Positions 1 through 13,470 of a stretch of 64,000 nucleotides of DNA are shown in pieces (the first letter of the stretch is position 1; the number at the start of each line of letters is the position of its first letter). A program made the translations under genes and the position numbers. The notes below the pieces were generated by a model, which saw only the letters and a list, made by a program, of their open reading frames with translations, was not told the origin of the DNA and did not search any database. The DNA comes from the human T2T-CHM13v2.0 reference genome, Homo sapiens, in the NCBI RefSeq assembly GCF_009914755.1, contig NC_060929.1; one strand, written 5' to 3'.

Positions 1-1323
1 TGCAAAGAAGCAGTAATATTTCAAAAGGAATCTTTCTGAGCAGTAGGGCTCAACAGTAGGCTTAAAATATTCAATAAACTATGCCGTAAACAGATGTGCT
101 GTCACCCCAGCTTTGTTGTTCCATTCATAGGGAACAGGCACAGTAGATTTAGCATAATTCTGAAGGGCCCTAGGATTTTTGGAATGGTCAATGGGCATTG
201 GCTTCAACTTGAAGTTACAAGTTACATTAGCCCCTAACAAGACAGTTTATCTTTTGAAGCTTTGAAGCCAGGCATTGACTTCTTCTCTCTAGCTATGAAA
301 GTCCAAATGGTGTCTTTTTTTTTTTTTTTAAATAATAAGGCTGTTTTATCTATATTGAAAATCCATTGTTTAGTGTAGCCATTTTCATGAATGCTCTTAG
401 CCAGATCTTCTGGATAAGTTGCTGCAGCTTCTACATTAGTACTTGCTGCTTCACTTTGTACTTTTATGTTATGTAAATGGCTCCTTTCCTTAAACCTCAT
501 GAATCAACCTCTGCTAGCTTCCAACTTTAACTTTACTCCTGCAGCCTCTTCACCTTTCTCAGCCTTCATAGAACTGAAGAGAGTTAGGGCCTTCCTGTGG
601 ATTAGGCTTTGACTTAAGGGAATGTTATGGCTTGTTTGGTCTTCTCTCCAGACCACTAAAACTTTATATCAGTAATAAGGCTGTTTTGCTTCCTTATTAT
701 TCATGTGTTCACTGGAGTAGCACTCAGTTTCTTTCAAGAACTTTTGTTTTGCATTCACAACTTGCCTGTTTGGCACAAAAAGCCTAACTTTTGGCCTGTG
801 TTGGCTTTTGACATGCTTTCCTCACTAGGCTTAATCATTTCTAGCTTTTTATTTAAAGTGAGAGATGTGCAACTCTTCCTTCCACTTGAACACTTAGAGG
901 CCATTGTAGCATTCTTAAGTGACCTAATTTCAATAGTGTTGTGTCTTAGGCAATAGGGAGGCCTGAGGAGCAGGAGGAAGAGACAAGAATGACCAGTTGG
1001 TGGGACAATCAGAACATATGCAATATTTATCAATTAAGTTTGCTGTCTTATATGAGTGTGGTTCTTGGAGCCCCAAAACAATTATGATAGTAATATCAAA
1101 GATCACTGATCTGAAATATAAGATATAAGAATAATAAAAAAAGTTTGAAACATTTTGAGAATTGCCAAAATGTGACAGAGACACAGAGTGAGCACATGCC
1201 TTTGGAAAAATGGTGTCAATAGATTTGCTCAATGCAGGGTTGCCTCAAACCTTCAGTTTGTAAACAAATGGAATATCTGTGAAGCTCAATTAAAGTGTAG
1301 TACAATAAAACAAGGTATGCCTA
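1..1323 (-). mobile_element. Tigger1 (TcMar-Tigger DNA transposon), 5' part with degraded transposase, runs off the left edge of the window
   Basis: Minus-strand ORF fragments resemble pogo/Tigger transposase (234-500 [35 protein letters not shown]; 755-1033 RKSCTSLTLNKKLEMIK..EESMSKA). The right end ...aataaaacaaggtatgccta+TA matches the reverse complement of the Tigger1 TIR (CAGGCATACCTCGTTTTATT) followed by the TA target. Frameshifted, with stops. Confidence 0.93.
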
Positions 1324-1489
1324 TACAGGGAAGTGTCTGTACTTGGGATAGACCCTTGAGTCTGAGCCATAGAATATCCAGGGTAGAATTCCCTGAAAAT
1401 AAGTGTTGTACCACCTCTTACTCTGTAACTTCAACTATTTCACTGTGGAGTTAGTGATGGATTGGATATATAAAAATAACAGCAGTCAT

Positions 1490-2134
<645 letters not shown>

Positions 2135-3649
2135 TATACTCTCAATTTTATAGGCTGTACTTGGCATACAATTAACTGAACAAATGTCTCCTGTGGATAC
2201 CTACTCTGTGGAGCATCTAAGCAGGAGGTGCGACTCTGAGTGAGATGTGGTTCCTGTTTTAAAACATTGACACTAGAGTAGAACGATTAAAAAGTAGTTC
2301 TTTTGATAAAAGCACTTAGGAACTTACCAACATGTCAGATTAAAAAGTAGCCCCAGATGACTCATACAAACTAGAAATTGATGTATAACACACAAGAGGT
2401 TAAAACAAAAGGCTTTTAAGTTTGGAAGAAGGCAGAGTTTTCCCAGACTGTGGGTAGAAGGGTGCAGATTCAAAGACTGCTTCATGAAGGAGGTAACAGC
2501 AAAGATGGGTTTGCCTGCAGCACCCAGAGAGAAGCCTGGGGAGTGGCAGGCACAGTGGGGCAGAGGCTGTGATTGGTTTAGGGCAGAAGTTCTGCGTATG
2601 GTCTGGGGACACTTTGATGTGTGAGATCAAAACTATTAGTCATCAGGTCGAGATATCACACTGTGATTAACCACATGGGTTTTTGCATCAGCAATCCTGG
2701 TTTTTAGCCAGACACTTTCACTTATTGTCTTTCTGTGTTATTTAATCTCCCTGATCTTTACTTTTTTCAAAAAAAATTACTACATATAAATGATTATATA
2801 TCTACCTCACAGATTTGTTCAAGATATTAAATGAAAGAAGCTATATAAAGTATGTAGCATGGTACCACACCCATAGTTAGGCCTCATATGGCAGCTATTA
2901 GGGGTGAACGAGGACTAGTGGGTTGAAGTTATAGGCAGGAAAATTGTACTCTATTAGATAATGCACAATTAAGACACTAGCTAGCCTAGTGCTTGGCATC
3001 TGCTAATCACTTGATAAGTGGTAGTTGCTGTTGTTGATGTAATTATTTTAAATATGAATTTAAACGTTGTATGACATAGAACTTCCATATGCTTAGATTT
3101 CTCCCCTGAATGAGTTTGGATGTCTGGGATTCATTTTCTTCATTCATTTTTTCATTCATTTATTCACTTACTAAACATACTGAATGCTTCACCAGGTACC
3201 ATACTAAGTGCTGAGATTACAAAATTTATTAAATGAGTTTTCTGTCCTAGGAAATATGTATGCAAAAAATGGACAATCAGTCATGGAATGCTATAGAGGA
3301 GATTCATGCTGAGGACTTCTGAGCAACTTCCCACCTGGTGACTTCCAAAATTGTATTTCTGTATGACATTAGAATTGTAGAATATCAGAGCTGATATGAC
3401 ATTCAGGCTCTAGAGATTACTTAGTCCAAGAAGTTCCTCACTCCTATGAAGAAATTCAGGTCCTATTTCCCAGTGCAGATCTTGATAATGTTCTCTTTAA
3501 TATTTAAGGTCCCCAAATAATTTTGATTTAGATGGAAGAATGCAAGAAATGAGTAGAATGTTTAATCAACAGGCAACAGGCAAATCATTCAATGAGTAGA
3601 ATTTTTCTGGGCACAAATTATCACGTATCATGTGTATCATGGTGGAAAC

Positions 3650-4410
3650 AGAATAGCCTTGTGGTTAAGAAAACCCAACTAGACTCTCAGGTCTTACATT
3701 TGTGTGACCTTTCGTTGCATACCTAAATAGGCACAGTCTTTTTAGTTCTCTGATATTTTCTCATCTGAAAAATGGGGATAAGGCAGTTAGAAATTACATT
3801 CAGCTAGCAGAAAGAAAAAATTCCCCAAAACAGTGACTTGAACAAATTAGGATTTTATTTTTTTTCTCATTTAAAGAAGTCAGAGAATAGGCAGACGAAG
3901 GCTTATATAGCATTTATCCAATTTCACAGTGACTCAGGCTCTGTCTACTTTTCTGTTTGTTATCCTTAGTGCATAGCTTCTTTCTTTATTCTTAGTGTGT
4001 GGCTTTGTGCACAATATGGCTGCTGCAGCTCCAACCATCACATCTGAGTTTCTTGCAGGTCTATAGGGAAAACATGGAAGGGAAAAAGTCATCTGTTAAC
4101 TGGGCCAGTCTTCTTTCAAAGAATGTTTCCCGGAAACTCTACTCACAAACTTGGCCAGGGAACCATCCCTAATTGCAAAAGACGTTGAGAGATATACTGT
4201 TATGTCTGGTACTTTACTGCCTCTAAAAAACTGGAGTTTACTTAGTAATGAAGAAAGGCATACTGGATATTGGATACGTAGCTATCAGTCTTTATCATAG
4301 GAGCCAAATAATATGACTTATCTCCTTAGGTTTTGTGAGGATTAAATGAGATGATAGAAGTGAAGCACTTAGCTCAGTGCCCAAGCATACAGAAAGCGTT
4401 CATCTAAGAG
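3650..4410. mobile_element. MIR (+) interrupted by an old MaLR MLT1(J/K)-like LTR (-, ~3783-4300)
   Basis: MIR 5' half 'gtggttaaga..ctcatctgaaaaatggggataa' stops at ~3782 and resumes at ~4305 'gttttgtgaggattaaatgagatgata..agcacttagc'. The intervening sequence has MLT1-type motifs (aatatggctgctgcagctccaaccatcacatctg). Confidence 0.6.
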
Positions 4411-5138
4411 GGGAGGATATTCCCTGTCTTCAATAAATTTGCCCATTTATTGGGGAAATGGATATACACATGAAATAATAATATGATAGTATCATATAAG
4501 ACAAATGTAAAATTCAGTCACCTCACAGCCCTTCTTCCCCACTGCCATCTCAGGACTGTGTAACAAAAGTCCTAGCATCTGACTTTTGTTGAATACTTCT
4601 CATTGGTCAGATTCTTTGATATTGCTTTATACATGCATGATCTCATATGACCCTCAAGGCAACCCATATGGGATAGGTGCTATGAGGCAGGTACTGAAAA
4701 CTAAGGTTTTTTGAGGTAAGTAACTTGCCTCACTACATACTTATTATAGGTTAGCTGGTATAGGAATCCAGATCTATGGGATTCTTAACTTGGTGCCAGG
4801 CACTAGTCCTGGCTCTGCCTGCAGGGTTTTCAGACACAAGCCCTGCCCCCTCTGTGGGCCACATTTCCTCATCAATAAAACACATGAAACTAGATGAGCT
4901 TAAAGGTAGTTTCTGGCTTCAAGAATGCTCAGAACTCTGAACACAGAATTCCCCTAAGAACTGGTAAAATATAACTAAAAATAAAAGATAAAATCCTGAT
5001 TTTTCACATTGGCTTTTGATGCTATTAACCTTTAATGTTCCTTACCTGAAGGGGTTAGTTCTTTCCTTACTGAAGGAACATTAATCAGAATTAGATAATG
5101 AACAAACCACCTGGAGTCTTTCTCTGTCTGGTTCAAAT

Positions 5139-5338
<200 letters not shown>

Positions 5339-6315
5339 TTATTCTAATCTTGCATACTTGACCATTATTTCCTTTGCAATTCCTTATCTAGCATTGGAGA
5401 ACATCAGTAATGTTGATGGGAAGGCCTATGCAACTGATGGTGAATAAAAATCAATTTTGAATTTAAAAAATAGAAGAAAAAAATCATGATTCTCATACAG
5501 ATATAGAAACGAACATGTGTTCAGGATTTTATTTAACTCCTTTAATGAGAAAATGGGTTGTGTGATAATACAACCAGTTAAAAGAGAATCCACAGAACAG
5601 GTACATCTATAGATCATGAATATTGAAATGAATTTGCAAATAGAGATAAAGTAATTTTTTTCCATGGGAGAAGGGAAAAGGTTGTTCCTCCACTGTACAG
5701 AATTTATTTGCATGTCTATAGACAATAATTATTTTGCATTGCTATCAGTTAGCAAACAGCTTACATATTTGTGAAATAGTTCCCAAAGTCAGAATCAGCT
5801 AAGGTGAAAGGGTGAGCTGTAGAGAATGCACAGTGCTCCACTGAAGCCAGCTTTTTCCCTGCAGTAAGTCTTATAGTCCAGTTAGTCTGACCCTATTTCC
5901 TGCACAGGTCTTGGGTTTCTGCCTCTGTCAAATATGTGCTGTCCTCTTCTCTCTGCTATTTCAGACATCTATTTCCTTTGGGTTTGACTTATGGTTTGCT
6001 GCTTCCAGAAAGTCTTCATTGATCCTAATCTCTTTAATTGGGCGTAGAAAAGCAGGTTGGAGAAGTGACTGGATTGGGAGATCTCATATCAGGAAGCTTT
6101 TCCAGGGCGTAGCTCTCATGGTGGCTCAACCGCCAACTGGTTAAGTAGCCCCAGGCAAGTCACTTGACTTTGAGTCCATCTGGAATTTCCTAGAACTCCC
6201 TACATAGACTGAATGGTTCTTGAGAGCTAAGGAAAGTTTTGTCCTCTCCCTCTTTCAGAGGGACATTTGGGAGGCCACATGATAAAGTTGAAGTGTCCTG
6301 GGTTTAGTGATAAAA

Positions 6316-6638
6316 TTTTTTTTAACTTAATTTAATTTTAAATTCTGGGATACATGTGCAGGATGTGCAGGTTTGTTGCATAGGTAAATATGTGTCATGG
6401 TTGTTTGCTGCACCTGTCAACCCATCACCTAGGCATTAAGCCCTGAATGCGTTACCTATTTATCCTGATGCTCTACCTCTCCCTGCCCCTCAAATAGGCC
6501 CCAGGGTGTGTTGTTCCTCTCCCTGTGTCCACGTGTTCTCATTATTCAGCTCCCACTTAAAAGTGAGAATGTGTGGTGTTTGGTTTTCTGTTCCTGTGTT
6601 AGTTTGCTGAGGAAAATGGCTTCCAATTTCATCCATGT
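6316..6638 (-). mobile_element. L1PA (approx. PA8-PA10) 3' end, 5'-truncated and inverted
   Basis: T-rich tail then reverse-complement L1 3'UTR (ctgggatacatgtgcagg..ccctgtgtcc..tttggttttctgttcctgtgttagtttgctgagg..atccatgt). Confidence 0.9.
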
Positions 6639-7245
6639 TGATACAGGAGTTAAGAAGAAATTACTTAGCTAGATAGAGTGTGGAAGTCCTTGGTAAGGTG
6701 TTCCTTCTAATGAAGAGCGGCCCCAAATCATTTTCTAGCAAAGAGCAGCCTGTAAAGTCGAGCTGCAGACATAGACAAGCAAACTGGGAGCTTGCACGGA
6801 TGAATGCCAGCAGGAAAGAACTACCTTGGACTACACGCGTTCAAAACGGCAGCTCCATCTTCCCTTCTCTGCCAGCCTCGAGTATGGTAAGGAGCAGACA
6901 AGATGGTGCCAGCCAATGGGGGAGTTCATTTGCATAATATTAGGGTGGGGTGGCCAGCCTTCCCCATGCTATGTAAACGTCACACCTGATGGAGCCAATC
7001 TATGAGCCCTACGTAAATCAGACAACATCGCCTCAAGCCCGACTATAAAATGTGGTACGTCCACTGCCGGCAGGCCTTTTCCTCTTGGAAGTCCCCTCTC
7101 TCTCACTAGAGAGAGAGCTGTTTCATTTCTCTTTCTTTTGCCCATTAAACCTCCACTCCTAAACTCACATGTGCCCGTGTCCTAAATTTTCTTGGCGCGA
7201 GATGACGAACCCCTGGTATTTACCCCAGACAATGTAGCTGCTTCA
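6639..7245 (+). mobile_element. ERV1-class solo LTR (LTR27/MER61-like; subfamily uncertain)
   Basis: TG...CA termini (tgatacaggagttaag..gctgcttca), 4-bp TSD ATGT at 6635-6638 and 7246-7249, TATAAAA at 7044, ATTAAA at 7144. Confidence 0.88.
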
Positions 7246-7249
7246 ATGT

Positions 7250-7280
7250 CAATAGCAAAAACATGGAATCAACCCCAAAT
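7250..7280 (+). mobile_element. Short L1 fragment in the opposite orientation (inverted 5' part of the 6316-6638 L1)
   Basis: caatagcaaaaacatggaatcaaccccaaat resembles sense L1 ORF2-end CAATAGCAAAGACTTGGAACCAACCCAAAT. Confidence 0.7.
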
Positions 7281-7379
7281 TTAATTTCTGTGTTGCATCT
7301 GTCACTAACTGTGTGACCATTGGCAAGTCCTTCAACCTTGGTTTGCTTATCTGCAGAGGGGCAACCATCACTCATGCCT

Positions 7380-7812
7380 GTGAGAGGCTGAAAAATAACT
7401 CCCAAAGGAAATCTACTTTAAATCTTTCGAAACTATGAAAAAGGATCTTTGCAGATGTAACTAAGTGAAGGATCTTGAGATGAGGAGAGTATCACGGATT
7501 GTGTGGGTGGGCCCTACATGCCATCACAAGTATCCTTATGAGAAAAGGGCAGAGGGCATTTGACACAGAGGAGAAGGCAATGTGAAGCCCTAGGCAGGTA
7601 TTGCAGCACCACAGCCATGAGTCCAGGAACGCTGGTGGCTGCCAGACCCTAGGTGATACAAGGAACAGATTAGTCCTGGGAGTCCCCAGAGGGAGAATTG
7701 CACTGCTGAATTTCAGACTTCCAGCCTCCAGAACTGAGAGAGAATACATTTCTGTTGCTTTAAGGTACTGAGTTTATGGTAATATATGACAGCAGCTTCA
7801 GGAAATTCATAT
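7380..7812 (+). mobile_element. MLT1 (C/D-like) MaLR solo LTR nested in a MIR
   Basis: ctttgcagatgtaactaag..ggatcttgagatgagg..ccagcctccagaactgagagagaatacatttctgttgctttaag..ggtaat..acagcagc..ggaaattcatata; MIR-like sequence on both flanks. Confidence 0.82.
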
Positions 7813-8739
7813 AATGTCCCACTGGCCTCCCAGGGTTGCTGTGAAGCTCAAAGAAAGAATGCAACAGTGCTTTGTAAATGGTCAATGCATGCTAGAGGTT
7901 TTGTATAAACAAACAATTGGCAAGTAGTATGTATATATTATTCATAGATTGCATATTTACAGAGAACTTTGATAAGCAATGGTAACAAATTGCATGAAAA
8001 AATAAATGAGATAATTTTTCAAGTAAAAATAATATTCAGAGCAAATATTCCCCCTTTGTCTCCTTTAGGTATTAACCTCTTGTTGTCAATATAAAGGACT
8101 GAAGCTTTTGTCTCTCCCTGGCAGCTGCCCTGCCCCCCGAGTTATGGGATAGGCTGTCTGAGGACGTATCAGTGCGGCACAGGCACTATTTGCTGTATTG
8201 AAATAGTGTTGCTACTGAGAGGAGTGACAGCAAGAATGAGCAGCTGTTGTTTTGTGGGTCCCATCTCAGAGTGAAAATTCCTGGCACAGCAGAGAGACAG
8301 TTGGAGTGGGATGAGACAGACTGCAGTAGCTGCAGTGCAGCACGGCAGGACTGAAATGCAATGTTGAGATGCTGCCTGCCAATGCCCACTGCATTCCAGA
8401 GGTGCAGACGCCAATCTGAGGCAGGTGCTGTGTCAGGAGCAGGTGGAGGGGCTCAGCTTGCCAGAACAGTGTGTCCATCCTCCCCTCCCGATACACACAC
8501 AATGTCCCATCAAGGTGCTGGGTAAGGGACATGGACCCAGCTCTTCGAGTATGCCCTAATGGACCTATTCGGGCTCATCTCTTGCTCTTGTTAGTCTCAG
8601 CACTTGAGCCCAGCCACTCTACTTGTTAGCACTTCATCTTCGTTCCCCAGCCCAATTGTATGTTCCATTTTCCCTCCCCAAAATATTCCTACCTATCTGC
8701 TCTGGTAACTCACAATTATCACACCAATATTCTAGCCTT

Positions 8740-9370
8740 TAATTAATTACTGAACAGTGAACACCTACTTTAAGCCAGGCAGAGACACATTGCTGGGATG
8801 CATGGTAAGCAAAACAGACACAACCCCAGCCTCCATGGAGAACGTTAATGGGCAGACGGCCTTTGTGCAAACAATCACAGGAAGAACTGTGTAATTACAA
8901 ACTATGATACACTATGGAGAAAGAAATATAAGGTGCTAAAGGAGACAAAAACAGAGCCGTTTTTAGGTTGGAGAGAAGTCCTCTCTGAGGTAGGAACTTT
9001 TATTTGTAGGCATGATGGATAAATATGTTTCCCTGGTGTGTGCAATTTGGGTTTGATAATGGGGGCAAGGGGTCTCTAAGAGGAATGAACAACAGTTGCA
9101 GGAGCTGACCTGTGTTTGAGGGGCAGAAAGGAGGTCATGTGGCTTCCATGGAGCAAGCAAGGGGACAAGAGGTTGCAGATGTGGGCAGAGGCCTGATTAT
9201 ACTGATGGTATCTTAAGCGTCTATATCTTTATTCAACGTGTGGAAGACTTCACAGAGGCATTTTAAGAAGGAGAATGACACAATCTGATTTTTTGACTGC
9301 TGGATGGAGAATGGGTTGGGAGGGCCTGAGTGAAAGCTGAGACAATTAGGAGGATATTCTGAGAGAGCCT
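8740..9370 (-). mobile_element. L2 3' fragment
   Basis: gaacacctact..ccaggc..aaaacagacacaaccccagcctccatggag..gtcctctctgaggtagg..ttttaagaaggagaatgacacaatctgatt..gactgctggatggagaatgg typical of antisense L2. Confidence 0.7.
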
Positions 9371-9714
9371 AGTCACCATTGAGGCAACCTTTCCCTACAG
9401 ATGGACTTGACTGGTGCCCCAAATTCCCCCAGTGAGTTGGTGGAAGAGCCAGGACTTGAACCCTGGTTTAATAATGTCTAGGTCAATATACTTGCCATTG
9501 CATCACACTACGCTTAAGTTTCTCTTCACATGGATAATTGATAATAATTGATGTCTCATCCTTCAGTGGAAATTAAAGACATTTTGTGGTCCTATAATAA
9601 GTATTTCATGCAGAGTGATAAAAGGAAGTTCAACAACTAGCTTTTCCATGAATTCATAACCTTACATACATGACCACTGCAGGCATGTTCACCACTGTGT
9701 TCAAGGCGGGATAA

Positions 9715-9940
9715 TGTGATCAGAAAATTCAGGGCTGCGGAATAAGACAGACCCGGGTTCAAATACCAGATCACTGCTTATTAAACTCTGCCACCTTTAG
9801 CAAGTTACTTTACTCCCCTGAGTCTGTTTCTTCAACTAAAAGTGGGTGTATGTGTAAGAGAGTACTTTTTATCATGTTGTCTTATTAAAAGCAAATATGC
9901 ATCTGGCATATAGTAAGTGCACAATAACTGTTTATCAGGA
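9715..9940 (+). mobile_element. MIR
   Basis: agacagacccgggttcaaatacc..gcaagttactt..ctgagtctgtttcttcaactaaaagtggg..tggcatatagtaagtgcacaataa. Confidence 0.7.
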
Positions 9941-10479
9941 TGGGAATGATGATGTTGATAGTGTTATGCTACTTAGTCAAAGACAGAGTGTATCCTTGGG
10001 GAGACAGGAAACTTCAAAACACACATCTTTTCAGAAAACAGTTACTTAAGTGTACTTTTAACGAAGCAGTTCAATAATGTATGAAGTGTCTATTGTATAT
10101 AAAGATCTGTCCTAGGCATGATTCACATCCACAAGGTGTTTATAACGGGAGATAAAACAAGTCTCCAGATAACTCTAATACTGTGTAGAAGTAATGTTTC
10201 CCGGGAGAGATGCTAAGTGAAATGTGGTTTTAATAGCAGTGGTGTGCCATTCCACTGGTAGCATTCTGCAAGTCTTATGGACAAGGTGGTTCCTTAAATG
10301 GGGCTTGGAGGATGGGTAGAATTTTGTAATTTGAAAATGATACAGTTACCACTTTGGTTGTTTCCTCGGTACTATAAAAGCTATACCCGATCTCTTTAGA
10401 AAATTTAGAAAAAAAAATCAGTAAGCAAATAGAAGAAAATCAAAATCCTCTGTGATCTTACCAGAGTGATAACTCATTA

Positions 10480-11215
10480 TCTTTGGGTTGTATAATTTTT
10501 AAAATATTTTACTATGCAAATATATACAACCATAATTATACAAATGGGGTTCTACTACTCTCTAACTTTTTTATTCAAAACATAATTAAATTTTTTTCTC
10601 CACAAAATTGTATTAGACTTTTTAATGAGTACATGATATTTATTTATTTATTTATTTTATGATTTTTTAAAATATATTTTAAGTTTTAGGGTACATGTGC
10701 ACAACGTACAGGTTAGTTACATATGTATACATGTGCCATGTTGGTGTGCTGCACCCATCAGCTCGTCATTTACATTAGGTGTATCTCCTAATGCTATCCC
10801 TCCCCCCTCCCCCCACCCTACAACAGGCCCCGGTGTGTGATGTTCCCCTTCCTGTGTCCATGTGTTCTCATTGTTCAATTCCCACCTATGAGTGAGAACA
10901 TGCGGTTTTTGGTTTTTTGTCCTTGCGACAGTTTGCTGAGAATGATGGTTTCCAGCTTCATCCATGTCCCTGCAAAGGACATGAACTCATAATATTTAAC
11001 TCCTGGAGATACCAAGCTGTGTTTAACCAAACCTCTTTATAGTTGGACATATAAGAGGTTTTGAAGTTGTTTTTTGTTTATGTTTTGCCCGTTACAAACA
11101 ATATTGCCATAAACATAGTTGTAGCTAAATAATGCAGTCACACGTGACTATTTTCTTAGGCTAATTTCTTAGTAGTGAAATTCCTAGGCCAAAGGGTATG
11201 TACTTTTTATATTTT
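10480..11215 (-). mobile_element. Old L1M (L1ME-like) 3' fragment hosting a younger L1PA insertion
   Basis: gttggacat..gttacaaacaatattgccataaacat..ttttcttaggctaatttcttagtagtgaaattcctaggccaaagggtatg is typical of antisense L1M 3' regions. Confidence 0.6.
10638..10990 (-). mobile_element. Young L1PA (approx. PA3-PA5) 3' end, 5'-truncated
   Basis: (TTTA)n tail, then ttttagggtacatgtgcacaac..ggttagttacatatg..ccccggtgtgtgatgttcccc..gacatgaactcat; probable TSD catgatattta / cataatattta. Confidence 0.92.
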
Positions 11216-11369
11216 GTTTTTTCTAAGTTCTGGAAATGAATAGCAGGTGTGTGCTTTTAAAAGGCATTTTGTTTGTACTGGGATGGGCAGGTTTTTTCTT
11301 GCTCTAATTTTTATTAATAACCTCAAAACGTTAGTAATAATCCCCTACCTGTTGGAGACTTACATATTT

Positions 11370-11600
11370 ATTGCCTTAGAATTTTGGAAGCATGTTCACA
11401 CACTTTCACTCATTAATCTGATCGTCACAACAATTCTGTAAGTAGGCAGGTAGACATGATTCCCCATTTTTCAGATGAGGCAAACAAGTCTCAGAGAGTG
11501 AAGTTGGCTGCTTAGGGTAACACAGCTAGTGAATGACAGAGCTGGGACTGGAGCCCGTCTGCCAGCATGGAGTGCTGTTGCTGTCTCGCATGATACCATG
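11370..11600 (-). mobile_element. MIR
   Basis: ccccatttttcagatgaggcaaacaagtctcagagagtgaag..cacagctagtgaatgacagagctgggactggagccc. Confidence 0.8.
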
Positions 11601-11895
11601 CTGCCTGTCTCCTGCCTCTCCAGCACGCTCAGGACCACTTTATCACTTCACGAAATTAGCATGTTGGAGATTATTAGACCTAAGATATTCGCTAGAACCT
11701 GTTTTGCCAAGTTTTATACCACTTTTCCGTAACATATTATTTATTAAAAGAAAAAAGCCTGCAACCATGGGACATTTTTCTTGGTACTCTATTACTTTCT
11801 CAGCTCATGGTTGAATAGGCTTTGAACAGGCAATGGGGAAGAGGAGACAGTATTTCAAACAGTAGGAATAAAGTTGTGTAGGCAGAAATTAGGAC

Positions 11896-12190
11896 AAAGG
11901 CTTCAAACTGTCTACTGTCTGGCTAGCTTTGGCTCACAGAAATATGTTGTTTAGCCTATAATATGTTTAAAAAATTATGAACCAGTTATCTACATTTGAA
12001 GATAGGATATTTCATGTAGATTTCTGCATTGCTGGGTTCTTTTCATTCAGAAGCTCTGGTAGCCTTAAGCTGCCTTCAAGCTGAGCCATGATTAACTGGA
12101 GCTGGGCAGCTTCCACCCTCTTTAGAGCGGGCAGAAACATTCCAGTTTGCCTTCCAGCCTCATTGATCCCTGTTGTTTTCTGAGGGTCAA
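11896..12190 (+). mobile_element. MER102-like hAT-Charlie MITE
   Basis: ggcttcaaactg..ttggctcacagaaatatgttgtttagcc..aactggagctgggcagc..ccctctttagagcggg..ccagtttgcc; similar to the copies at ~33800 and ~39190. Confidence 0.65.
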
Positions 12191-13299
12191 TAGTCATTAG
12201 AAGTATGCCTGGTATACTGTTTTACTTACACCTAGCTGGCTGCAGGCCATCACGTTGCTGGCTGGGCCTTTCGGGCATCGAGTGTACAAGCCCTTGCCTT
12301 CAACATATGCATGGAATGGTTTTCCATTTTGATTGGAGCCTAGAGAACATGCAGCAGAGTAGTGGGAAAGAAAACTGGACAGGCATTGGAACTTTATTTT
12401 GTAGACACAAGGAAGCCACTGAGGGACCTGGCACTCTTAACTAACGTTTTAGTGCCCTGTCCTAGAGCAGCTGCCTCCTGTTCATTTCAGTGTTCTCTCC
12501 TTTTGCTATGTTTTCTCTTTGTCATCTCTGCTCCCAGTGGGGAGTGTTTTCAAAAGACTAGGCAGATGTTTACATCTCCTTTTTAATGAAGGCACTGTGG
12601 CTCTTCCCTCCCTCTGAGGACATCTTGTAACTTGCTCTCCTGTTGTAAGAAGAGAACCCTTGTTTCTTCCGAGGGTCTACCTCCCTGGGTGGAAAGGAGG
12701 GCAAACAGACCAGGAAGAGTTTTCTACACTATTAGCTAGTTGATTCTTTAGGACACAGGAAGGAGAAGAAAGGGTTTCATCAGCGTTACCAAGTGGTTTC
12801 CAGTTGATCGATTTGTGTGGTGATCAGGTTGTGGGAAGTGTTTGCTTTTTCCTAGGTGAGGCAATTATCCTTTCCATATCTGTAAGATTAGAGCCACCCC
12901 CTCCCATGTCCACATCACAGGGCCAATTGGAGGACTGAGTGGGAGAATACATAAGAAAAGTGCCAAGTGTTACATAAACACTAGCATTCTTTCCATCAAG
13001 AGGAGAAAATTGTTTTTGTGGGAGAAAATGGGTCCTGGCCAAGCATTTTTGCAGGGTGATGAGCATAAACTCAACACTAAGTGGAGTAGATAGTTCAAGG
13101 TGCCGAGATAAGTCAAGCCAATGATTTCAAGGGGTTGGGAAAACCTCACAGGGCAACATGTCCTTGCCAGCTCACTTGAACCTACTTCAAATCCAAATAT
13201 TAAACTTTTTTTCTGACTACGAGGGTGGTCTTGGTTAAACTGCCAACCTATAATAAAGTGCCTGAAATCATAGTCTCTGGCCAATGGCTTCACCTTTGA

Positions 13300-13470
13300 G
13301 TCACATTCTTTTTCTAGCTATGTGATATTTAGGCCCCAGTTGTCTGATTTGCAAAACAATCATCTGAGCAATGGTATCTGCATCATAAATTTGTTGTAAG
13401 AATTAAATAAGGTAGTGTAGACAAAGCCCTTAGCAAAATGCAAGGCCTATCCTAAGTGTTGAATAAAACC
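13300..13470 (+). mobile_element. MIR fragment
   Basis: tagctatgtgat..ttgttgtaagaattaaataaggtagtgtagacaaagcccttagc..taagtgttgaataaa. Confidence 0.6.
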
